DNA of 64,000 nt. Source: Gemmatimonadota bacterium (GTDB taxonomy: Bacteria > Gemmatimonadota > Gemmatimonadetes > Gemmatimonadales > GWC2-71-9). The DNA lies in assembly GCA_003169895.1 (NCBI GenBank), contig PNAE01000007.1, positions 1,004,314-1,068,313 of the forward strand, read 5' to 3'. The translations under genes and the position numbers were made by a program. The notes beneath the pieces were generated by a model. That model searched no databases, was not told where the DNA came from, and worked only from the letters and a program-made list of their open reading frames with translations. Each line of letters starts with the position of its first letter. The first letter of the stretch is position 1. Positions 20,422 through 28,325 of the stretch are shown one piece after another.

Positions 20422-21162
20422 ATGCAGCATGAACAGTTTGTTGCCCATGCTCGGCTCGAAGACCGGCACTGGTGGTTCACCGGCCGGCGCGCGATCCTCA
20501 CTGCGCTGATCCATGCGGTCGCGCCGCCCGGGGCGGGGGTAGCGCTGGTGGATGTGGGCTGCGGCACGGGTGGCAACGCCGCCGCGCTGGCGCGCGAGTA
20601 TCGGGTGCTGGGGCTCGATCCGTCGGCCGATGCCGTTGCGCTGGCGCGGTCGCGCTTTCCTGCCGTGCAGTTCATCCAGACCGACGATCCGGAAGCAGGT
20701 CGCGCCCATCTCGCCCATGGCGGCGTGGTGATCATGACCGACGTGCTGGAGCACGTGGCCGATGATCGCGACCTGCTCGCCCGCGTGATTGCCGTGCTGC
20801 CGGCGGGTGGCCACCTGATCCTCACCGTCCCCGCTGATCCCGGGCTCTGGAGCCGCCACGACACCCAGTTCGGCCACCATCGCCGGTATCGCACCGAGGA
20901 CTTTCGGGCGCTCTGGCATGACGCACCGGTCGAGGAGCGGTTGCTGACGCCATTCAACTCCCGCCTCTGGCCGGTGATCGCCACAATCCGGCGCTTCACG
21001 CACGACAACGGGAGCGATCTGCAGATACCCACGGGCCCCTTGAATGCGGTGCTCCACCGGATCTTCGCCGGCGAAGCGAAGGCGCTCGTCCGGGCGATCG
21101 ATCGTAACACGCCGGTATTTTCGCGCGGCGTGAGTCTCGCCGCGGTGCTGCGCAAGCTGTGA
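20422..21162 (+). CDS. Class I SAM-dependent methyltransferase
   Basis: SAM motif I VDVGCGTGGNA and a Methyltransf_11/23-like layout; 246 aa. Confidence 0.85.
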   Translation: MQHEQFVAHARLEDRHWWFTGRRAILTALIHAVAPPGAGVALVDVGCGTGGNAAALAREYRVLGLDPSADAVALARSRFPAVQFIQTDDPEAGRAHLAHGGVVIMTDVLEHVADDRDLLARVIAVLPAGGHLILTVPADPGLWSRHDTQFGHHRRYRTEDFRALWHDAPVEERLLTPFNSRLWPVIATIRRFTHDNGSDLQIPTGPLNAVLHRIFAGEAKALVRAIDRNTPVFSRGVSLAAVLRKL

Positions 21163-21902
21163 GCGACCTCATCCTGGTTGTGCCGGTGTACAACGAGGCG
21201 TCGCGCCTCGATCCGGCGCCGTGGCTTGAGTTCCTTGCCGCCGATCGATCCCGGGCGCTCATTTTCGTGGACGACGGCAGCGGGGATGGCACGCTCGCTG
21301 TGCTCGAAACCATCCGGGCGGCCGCACCGGCGCAGACCAGCATTCTCGGGCTGCCCGAGAACCGTGGCAAGGCGGAGGCAGTGCGGCACGGGATGCTGCA
21401 GGCGCTGGCTGCGACGGTTCGTTACGCCGGCTTCATCGACGCCGACCTGTCGGCGCCGCTCAGCGAGGTATCGCTGTTGCAGGTGGAGCTTGACGCTCGT
21501 CCGGCGGCGTCAGCGGCGTTCGGCTCGCGAGTCAAGCTACTGGGCCGCCAGATCGTGCGATCGGAGCGGCGCCACTACCTCGGCCGGATCTTCGCCACCT
21601 GCGCGTCGTTCGCATTGTCGCTGCCGGTCTACGATACCCAGTGCGGTCTGAAGTTGTTCCGCAACACGCCGGACGTTCGGGCCGCTTTTGCGACGGCCTT
21701 CCGCAGCAAGTGGATCTTCGACGTGGAATTGCTGGCCCGCCTCGCCGACTCGGCTGGCGCCGATGTGGCGTCGCGCATCCGCGAGGTTCCGCTGCAGCAC
21801 TGGGAAGAGAGAGGCTCCAGCCGGCTGCGCATGCGGGATTTCCTCTTGGCACCGTTTGAGCTGGCACGGATTCGACGACTGTACCCGTACCGCCGGCGGT
21901 AA
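21159..21902 (+). CDS. GT2 glycosyltransferase, polyprenol-phosphate sugar synthase-like (ALG5/DPM1-like)
   Basis: VVPVYNE..FVDDGSGDGT..IDADL..CGLKLF motifs. The start overlaps the upstream stop (GTGA). Confidence 0.85.
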   Translation: MSDLILVVPVYNEASRLDPAPWLEFLAADRSRALIFVDDGSGDGTLAVLETIRAAAPAQTSILGLPENRGKAEAVRHGMLQALAATVRYAGFIDADLSAPLSEVSLLQVELDARPAASAAFGSRVKLLGRQIVRSERRHYLGRIFATCASFALSLPVYDTQCGLKLFRNTPDVRAAFATAFRSKWIFDVELLARLADSAGADVASRIREVPLQHWEERGSSRLRMRDFLLAPFELARIRRLYPYRRR

Positions 21903-21905
21903 CCG

Positions 21906-22241
21906 TCAGCCATTCTTCGGGCTTGGGGTGCGGGGAGTGGCCAGCGCCAATGCCTGGGCCAAGCGCGTCAGGTCGCGTTGCATGCGCCGGATGGTGGCTG
22001 CGGTCGTCGCGAAGTGGAAGAGCGCAAAGATGATAAAAAAATAGAACATCAGGTCGGCGCCGCGTCCAACACCGAGGCGAGCAGCGACACGGTTGGTGAA
22101 CTCGGGATTGAGAATCAGCGCGACGCCGATCGCGGCGAGGCCGAGGTAGGTCACCCGATCGCCGCTGGTACTGCGCAGGCGGAAGATATAAATCGCGAAC
22201 AGTGCCAACAGGACGAGAAGAACAATCTGGGACGGACGCAT
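21906..22241 (-). CDS. Small 4-TM membrane protein (DUF2304-like GT2 partner)
   Basis: 111 aa, hydrophobic, located immediately downstream of a GT2 gene on the same strand. The family assignment is from memory of DUF2304 and is not computed. Confidence 0.65.
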   Translation of the reverse strand: MRPSQIVLLVLLALFAIYIFRLRSTSGDRVTYLGLAAIGVALILNPEFTNRVAARLGVGRGADLMFYFFIIFALFHFATTAATIRRMQRDLTRLAQALALATPRTPSPKNG

Positions 22242-22245
22242 TCGG

Positions 22246-22962
22246 CTACCTCGTTTTGGCGATCAGTAAGTCCCACAGCACGCTGACGGCGTCAATCAGC
22301 CCCTGACCTTTGGAGAGCGAATAGGGCGTGTAGGAGACGCGAACCGGAACCTCCTGGTAGCGTAGTCGCAGCCGCGCCACTTCGGCCTGAATCTCCGAGG
22401 CATGAGCCATGCGATCCTGCTGCAGGACGAGTCGGCTCAACACATCGCAACGAAAGCCGCGCATGCCATTGTGGGTGTCAGTGAGCTTCAGTCCTGTCGT
22501 CCACCGTGCCAGACGGGTGGCAAGGCGCAGCAACACCTTGCGACTTGCGGGGATGCTGCCGAGACCGTCCGGTTCAAGGAACCGGGATCCCAACGTGACA
22601 TCGGCGGTATCGCTCGCTAGCGGCGCGATTAGTCGAGGCACCGCGCTGGGGTCGTGCTGTCCGTCGGCATCGAACGTGACGACGAAGCGCATCGCGGGAT
22701 CGCGACTGGCGTATACAAATCCCGTCGCCAGTGCGGCGCCTTGCCCAACATTCACCGCGTGGCGCAGCACCCACGCACCGGCGGCCAGCGCACAGGCAGC
22801 CGTATCGTCTTCCGATCCGTCGTCGACAACCACAACGTGCCAGTGATCGTCGACCAGGCGGGCCACCACCGTGCCGATGGTCCGTGCTTCCTGATAGGCT
22901 GCAATGACGATCCAGGTCGCCCGCCGGACGAGCTGGTCTGCCGGATTCACGGATGAGGCCAT
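22246..22962 (-). CDS. GT2 glycosyltransferase (polyprenol-phosphate glycosyltransferase-like)
   Basis: Motifs VIAAYQE..VVVDDGSEDDT..FDADGQH. Start set at ATG 22962 (MASSVNP..); the upstream 124 codons of the ORF are an Arg/Gln/His-rich extension. Confidence 0.85.
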   Translation of the reverse strand: MASSVNPADQLVRRATWIVIAAYQEARTIGTVVARLVDDHWHVVVVDDGSEDDTAACALAAGAWVLRHAVNVGQGAALATGFVYASRDPAMRFVVTFDADGQHDPSAVPRLIAPLASDTADVTLGSRFLEPDGLGSIPASRKVLLRLATRLARWTTGLKLTDTHNGMRGFRCDVLSRLVLQQDRMAHASEIQAEVARLRLRYQEVPVRVSYTPYSLSKGQGLIDAVSVLWDLLIAKTR

Positions 22963-22995
22963 CAGTCCAGGGCCCGAAGGGGTGGTGTTGAACTC

Positions 22996-24609
22996 ATGCG
23001 AGATCCACGCCCGCTGGTTGTCCTCGTCCTGCTGCTGCTCGTGGTGCTCGTTGCGCGCAGATGGATCCGCGCCGTACCTGCTCTGCCGCCGTCGATGCGA
23101 CTGCGAGGGGCGGTTGCGGTCGCGGCAGCAGCGTTCACGATGGCTCTCACTGTTTGGGTTTGGGGTGGGCTGAGGGCTCCAGCGGTCGTCGATGACGAGG
23201 CAGCGTACGTGCTGCAGGCCGACCTCTTTGCTCACGGCCGCTGGACCCGCCCGAGTCCGTTGCCATCCTTGTCGTTCACGCAACCAGCTGTGCTGGTGAC
23301 GCCGGTTCTGGCGCCCAAGATGCCACCAGGTCACGCGCTGTTGCTTGCCCCAGGAGCCCTCATCGGCCTGCCGGGACTCATCCCGGTCCTGCTCAGCGGC
23401 GCAACGGCAGCGCTGCTCGTGCTGCTGGTGTGCGAAGTCCAGTCGCCGGCCGTCGCCGTGCTGACGGTGATTGTGTGGCTCACGTTCGCCGGCCAGATGC
23501 GTTGGCGTGCCTCATACTTCTCGGAAATTACTACCGGCATGCTTTGGCTGCTGGGGTGGTGGGCCCTGCTGCGCTGGCGACAGACGCGACGCACCGGGTG
23601 GTTGCTGCTCCTTGCTACGGCCATCGGCTGGGGTGCCATCACCCGACCACTCACCATGCTCGCTTTCGCGCTTCCAATTGGTATTGTCGTTCTGCGCGAC
23701 GTGATCCGCGGGAAGCACTGGCGACAGTTGGCCGGTGCGATGGCCGTAGGTGTTGCCTGCCTCGCGTTGCTACCAATCCAGAACTACGAAGTGCTCGGAA
23801 ACTGGCGGGAGAGTCCGCTGGCGCTGTACACGAGCGAATACATGCCGTTTGACCGAATTGGATTCGGGTTTGACTCTACACCGCCGTCGCTTGGGCTGCC
23901 GGACGACCTGCAAGCAGCGCAGTTGCCGATCATGGCCCGCCATCGGGAGCATCAACCGAGTGCGTTACCACGGGTCCTTGCCACCCGGCTCTGGGAACTT
24001 CGCATGTCGACGTTCGGTGGGTGGCGGGTACTCTGGATTCCCGCGGCGATGGTCGGCGCCGCAATCATCGGTGCATCCGGATGGTTCGCGATCGCGTCGG
24101 GCTTGACGCTTTATTTGGCCTATCTGCTGTACGCCCACGAGCCACACTGGACCGTGTACTATCTCGAGGCGGCGCCGGCGGCCGCCTTCGTCTGCGCGAC
24201 AGGCCTGGCTTGGCTGCTGGCACGTGCTACGGCGGCTCGGCGTGAGCTGCCACTTGCTACCGCCGCAATGGCGGCGCTTGCGATCCTGGCGGCCGGCTGG
24301 CGGGAATTGCACACGGCCCGAACGTTCCGTGCCGGGGCGCAGAAGCCGTTTCGCGCGTTGGAACATGACGTGGCCGCGACAGGCATTCCACACGCCCTCG
24401 TCTTCATTCGTAACTCTGTCGGCCACGACCCGAGCGTCAATTTCGTGCGCAACGTGGCCGACGCTGCGCGCGCGCCAATACTGACCGCATATGATCGAGG
24501 TCCAGCGGACAAGGCCCGCACGATGGCTCATTATCCCGACCGTGCGGTGTTGTACTGGGATGGCGACCTTACGCATCTCGTCGGCCCGACGCGCGACACG
24601 CTTCCATGA
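22996..24609 (+). CDS. GT-C-fold-like polytopic membrane glycosyltransferase
   Basis: 537 aa with more than 10 TM segments, an acidic first-loop motif VVDDEAAYVLQADLF and a KMPPGH loop. Confidence 0.7.
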   Translation: MRDPRPLVVLVLLLLVVLVARRWIRAVPALPPSMRLRGAVAVAAAAFTMALTVWVWGGLRAPAVVDDEAAYVLQADLFAHGRWTRPSPLPSLSFTQPAVLVTPVLAPKMPPGHALLLAPGALIGLPGLIPVLLSGATAALLVLLVCEVQSPAVAVLTVIVWLTFAGQMRWRASYFSEITTGMLWLLGWWALLRWRQTRRTGWLLLLATAIGWGAITRPLTMLAFALPIGIVVLRDVIRGKHWRQLAGAMAVGVACLALLPIQNYEVLGNWRESPLALYTSEYMPFDRIGFGFDSTPPSLGLPDDLQAAQLPIMARHREHQPSALPRVLATRLWELRMSTFGGWRVLWIPAAMVGAAIIGASGWFAIASGLTLYLAYLLYAHEPHWTVYYLEAAPAAAFVCATGLAWLLARATAARRELPLATAAMAALAILAAGWRELHTARTFRAGAQKPFRALEHDVAATGIPHALVFIRNSVGHDPSVNFVRNVADAARAPILTAYDRGPADKARTMAHYPDRAVLYWDGDLTHLVGPTRDTLP

Positions 24610-25298
24610 GCGGTGCCCTGACCGAAAGACCCGCGCCGGCTCCGAAGGCTCTCATCTTCGATGTCGACGGCACGCTGTATCATCACACTCCCGTGCGATT
24701 GCGTCTGGCCGGGCAGCTGCTCGCTCAGCTGATTCGCCGGCCACGCTCCGGCACACGCACCATTCGGGCGCTCCGGGCATATCGCCGTGCGCTGGAAGAT
24801 CTGCGCAACACGCAGGAGAGTGACAGCGTACTCGACGTGTCGGTCGAACTACGCCGACTCGCATCGCGAGCGACCGGAATTCCAGTCGATGAGATCGAGC
24901 GTTACGTGAATGCGTGGATGTTGCGGGCGCCGCTGCCATTGCTGGCGCGCGCGCGCCGTGCCCACGTCGTCGAGGTGTGTGCTGCGGCCCGTTCGCGCCG
25001 GATCCAGCTCGCCGCCTGTTCCGACTATCCCGCCGCCGCGAAGCTCGATGGCCTCGGCCTGAGCGGATTCTTTGATGTCGTGGTCACCGCGCAGGATGCC
25101 GATGTCGGCCGTGTCAAGCCGCATCCGCGCGGCCTGCACATTGTCCTCGCGAGGCTTGGGGTCGCTGCACATGATGCCTGGTATGTCGGCGACCGGGCGG
25201 ATGTGGATGACGGAGCGGCACGCGCGGCGGGTGTCACCTCGGTCATCCTGTCGCGGCGCTATACCATGGCCCATCTCCTGCAGGACATCAGCCGTTGA
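24606..25298 (+). CDS. HAD-superfamily hydrolase (phosphatase-like)
   Basis: Motif I FDVDGTL, motif II ACSD, and motifs III/IV K..GDRADVD. ATGA overlap with the upstream gene. Confidence 0.8.
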   Translation: MSGALTERPAPAPKALIFDVDGTLYHHTPVRLRLAGQLLAQLIRRPRSGTRTIRALRAYRRALEDLRNTQESDSVLDVSVELRRLASRATGIPVDEIERYVNAWMLRAPLPLLARARRAHVVEVCAAARSRRIQLAACSDYPAAAKLDGLGLSGFFDVVVTAQDADVGRVKPHPRGLHIVLARLGVAAHDAWYVGDRADVDDGAARAAGVTSVILSRRYTMAHLLQDISR

Positions 25299-26275
25299 TG
25301 ACCAATGCCACCATATCGACGCCTGCGCGGGGCACGCTCGCTGGTCACCTGGCGATCGCCCGGCTGGATCACTGGTCGAAGAATGTGTTCGTGCTTCCCG
25401 GCGTTGTTGCCGCCCTCGCACTGAACCCCACCGCAAATACTAGCGGTCTTGCCTCACGCTTCGTTCTGGGCGTGCTGTCGGTGTGCCTGATCTCCTCGAG
25501 CAACTACACTCTCAACGAAATCGTCGATGCGCCGTTCGATCTTTATCACCCCGACAAGCGCCATCGCCCGGTGCCGAGCGGCCGGGTCAATCTTCCACTC
25601 GGCTACTTGCAGTGGTTAGTACTTGCGGCCGCCGGTGCGGCACTCGGACTCAAGATCGGTGCGGCCTTCTCGGCCTCGGTCGCGGCGCTCTGGGTGATGG
25701 GATGCGGGTATAACCTGCGGCCATTGCGGACCAAGGATGTACCGTACCTGGATGTACTCACCGAAGCCATCAACAATCCGCTCCGGCTGCTGGCGGGTTG
25801 GTACATTGTCGATGCGCGGGTGTTTCCGCCGGCGACGCTGCTCCTGAGCTACTGGATGGTGGGCTGCTACTTCATGGCGATCAAGCGATTCGCCGAATGC
25901 CGGCAGCTCGGCAACGGGCCGCAGCGGTCGGCGTACCGCCGGTCACTGGCGTTTTTCACGCCCGAACGACTGCTGACCACGGTAATGTTCTACGGAGCAG
26001 CGGCGATGCTGTTCTTTGGCGCGTTCATCATGCGCTATCGCCTCGACCTGATTATTTCGTTCCCACTGGTGGCGCTCGTGATGGCGATGTATCTGCGGCT
26101 GGGGTTCAGGCCGGGAAGTGCCGCGCAACATCCCGAGAAGCTCTATCGCGAACCGGCACTGATGGTCGCGGTATGCGTCTGCGCGCTGGTTATGGGCCTG
26201 CTCTTGTTCGTGCACGTGCCATTGCTCGATACCGTGTTCCCGCCGACTGTTCCGACCGCAGACTGGACTCGTTGA
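25295..26275 (+). CDS. UbiA-family prenyltransferase, decaprenyl-phosphate phosphoribosyltransferase-like
   Basis: About 8-9 TM segments. The Asp-rich motif NYTLNEIVDAPFD followed by HPDKRHRPVPSGRV resembles the DPPR-synthase subfamily pattern (NDxxDxxxD..HP.KR.RP.A.G). Confidence 0.8.
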   Translation: MMTNATISTPARGTLAGHLAIARLDHWSKNVFVLPGVVAALALNPTANTSGLASRFVLGVLSVCLISSSNYTLNEIVDAPFDLYHPDKRHRPVPSGRVNLPLGYLQWLVLAAAGAALGLKIGAAFSASVAALWVMGCGYNLRPLRTKDVPYLDVLTEAINNPLRLLAGWYIVDARVFPPATLLLSYWMVGCYFMAIKRFAECRQLGNGPQRSAYRRSLAFFTPERLLTTVMFYGAAAMLFFGAFIMRYRLDLIISFPLVALVMAMYLRLGFRPGSAAQHPEKLYREPALMVAVCVCALVMGLLLFVHVPLLDTVFPPTVPTADWTR

Positions 26276-26277
26276 CG

Positions 26278-28005
26278 CTATTGCCGGGCGGCCGCGCGCG
26301 TCGCCGGTCGAACCACTTCGAGAACGCCCGCGCAACCGGGAACGCTCTGCAGGCGGTTCGGCGGAATCGTGGTGTCGGCCGGTACTGCGACAACGTACGT
26401 AACGCTCAAGGCGTCCAGAAACTTCGAGCGCTCATCACCGGATAGCTGGGGCCAGTTGTGCGGCAGCTCAAGGCCGATGCGGTCGAGATAGTAGCCCACG
26501 GCATACGCCGCCACGTCGTCGGTGGCCATCAATACCCGTGCGGTGCGCGGTAGGCAGCGGTCAAGATCTCTGATCGGGACACCTGAGATCAGCCCATCAC
26601 GTCCGCCGCGGGAAATGTGTTGCAAGTCCATGAAGTCGGGATGCTGGTGGACAACCTGTTCGGCGTAGAGAGACTTCTTCCACCCCAGTGCGGCGCCGAT
26701 CAGCAGCGGCACCATGGCCATCCTCCGGAATCGGTGCACTGGCGATGTCACCAGCAGTACCAGGCTCCAGAAGGATATGGCGAGGAAAATGGGGGCGAAG
26801 TACCGCAGTTCGAAAAATCCGGTAGTCAATGGACCGGCGAGCTGTGCAATGAACGCCGCGACGATGACGAGCGTCACGCCAACCTGTCGGCTGGTCCATC
26901 GAGCCAAGTTCCCCGGTTGCGTGCGAGTCCACAGGGCAAAGACAGCAAGCAGGGCGGGAGCGAATGCATAGCGCGTGGTGCCGCGCCAGAGCGAACTGGT
27001 GATGCCGGGCAGGTTGTGCGTCACACGCGCCAGCCATTCCGCACCTGCTTCGCGCAAGGTCGGCGGAAACACCGGGTACCAGTTATTCACGAAATTGATG
27101 GCGGCACTCTTCGCGACCATCGCGTTGTCGCTGGCGAACGCAACTCCGAAGGCCACCCGAGAATAGAGCATCCACGGCAGGAGCATCAACGCGACGGCGA
27201 TACCGTAACCTGTCAGCCAGCGAAGCACCCCGCCGCGCTGCCAGGCGAACGGAAGGCCCAACCCGAGGACCACGACGATCGGCGCGCTGTCGAAACGCGT
27301 CATCCAGAGCAATCCAGCCAGCCCACCGACGATCAGCCCGGTTCGAAAACCTGTCTCGCGCAGCCGGGTCAGTGCGATGCCGATGGCGACATAGCAGAGC
27401 AGTGCCGCCGCCATGGACCTCCCGCCGAGTATGTCGTCGAGGAATGGTCCGTAACTGAGGAGTGCAGCCCATATCGCAACCGCCGCGAAGTGCCTGCGTC
27501 CGCGTGCGTGAACGAGCGGACGCAACATGATTGCGATGCAGGGCAGGAGCCCAACGGTGAACACCGCCGCGGTGATGATACCCAGCCACGGACCCAAGCG
27601 AAGCAGGCGTGAGACCAGGAAGAGAATCAGTGGCCACACCGGCGGGAAACTGTCGGCGGCATCGGTGAGGTACTGGTACTGTCGGACCAATGGAATATGG
27701 TATGGTATCGATCCGAACGACCGCGCCAGCAGCAGATAGGCCCAGCTGTCAGGGGTGAGCGGCGGGCGTACGCGAGTGGAGATCAGACCGAGCAAGAGCA
27801 GCAGCCCTGTAGCCAACATGATGATGGCCGCAATGCTCGACCAGCCATAGAGCCGTAAGGTGCTCACCATGCGTAGCAGGCGGCGCACGCGGGAAGTTCG
27901 CGTCACGGAGTCAGCGACAAATCGCCCTCGCGCCGAAGATGACAGGAATGTCAATCGCCCGACGGGAAGTATCGTGCGCACCGTCCGGCGTGTCGAGGGC
28001 CGCAA
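26278..28005 (-). CDS. GT-C-fold-like polytopic membrane protein
   Basis: 575 aa with more than 10 TM segments, a first-loop motif TPDSWAYLLLARSF and SFPPVWPL. An alternative start at ATG 27870 (MVSTLRLYGW..) is possible. Confidence 0.65.
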   Translation of the reverse strand: MRPSTRRTVRTILPVGRLTFLSSSARGRFVADSVTRTSRVRRLLRMVSTLRLYGWSSIAAIIMLATGLLLLLGLISTRVRPPLTPDSWAYLLLARSFGSIPYHIPLVRQYQYLTDAADSFPPVWPLILFLVSRLLRLGPWLGIITAAVFTVGLLPCIAIMLRPLVHARGRRHFAAVAIWAALLSYGPFLDDILGGRSMAAALLCYVAIGIALTRLRETGFRTGLIVGGLAGLLWMTRFDSAPIVVVLGLGLPFAWQRGGVLRWLTGYGIAVALMLLPWMLYSRVAFGVAFASDNAMVAKSAAINFVNNWYPVFPPTLREAGAEWLARVTHNLPGITSSLWRGTTRYAFAPALLAVFALWTRTQPGNLARWTSRQVGVTLVIVAAFIAQLAGPLTTGFFELRYFAPIFLAISFWSLVLLVTSPVHRFRRMAMVPLLIGAALGWKKSLYAEQVVHQHPDFMDLQHISRGGRDGLISGVPIRDLDRCLPRTARVLMATDDVAAYAVGYYLDRIGLELPHNWPQLSGDERSKFLDALSVTYVVAVPADTTIPPNRLQSVPGCAGVLEVVRPATRAAARQ

Positions 28006-28220
28006 GCGAGCGAAACCAGTTGCCGGAGCACGTCGGGCGACGGCGCTCTTTCATCGTCGGCAGCGTCGTACTTCTCTCGTCGAAGGTCATCGTTTAGGTC
28101 CTCTGAGATAGCGGGGCTGTCACCCCGCGGTTCGGATCCTTCTCCCCAGAGAAGTTAGACAACGGGCTTTTTCCTGGAACCAACGGCGATTGAGCGACAC
28201 AGGTATCTGCACAGTATACG

Positions 28221-28325
28221 TCGACCCTGCAAACGTAAACCTCGACCCGGTCGACTCGAACCTCGACGCTGAAAACACGACCCTCGACCCTCTCGACTCA
28301 AACCTCGATCCTGCCGACTTTATTT
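28221..28325. repeat. Five phased 21-nt direct repeats built from TCGAnCC heptads
   Basis: Units tcgaccctgcaaacgtaaacc / tcgacccggtcgactcgaacc / tcgacgctgaaaacacgaccc / tcgaccctctcgactcaaacc / tcgatcctgccgactttattt. They lie directly 3' of the minus-strand stop at 28320-28322, with no inverted partner. Confidence 0.7.

Noticed and set aside
22996-26275. Calling the UbiA/HAD module a D-arabinofuranose pathway
   Set aside because: DprE1-like FAD oxidase and DprE2-like reductase genes are not present in the window. The sugar identity cannot be inferred.
27911-28090. A 59-codon minus-strand ORF (MTFDERSTTLPTMKERRRP..) with an AGAGGA-like RBS upstream of the GT-C gene
   Set aside because: It is below the track threshold, has no recognisable features, and overlaps the annotated N-terminus of 26278-28005 in another frame. 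It cannot be supported. It only adds doubt about the true start (28005 vs 27870) of the GT-C gene.
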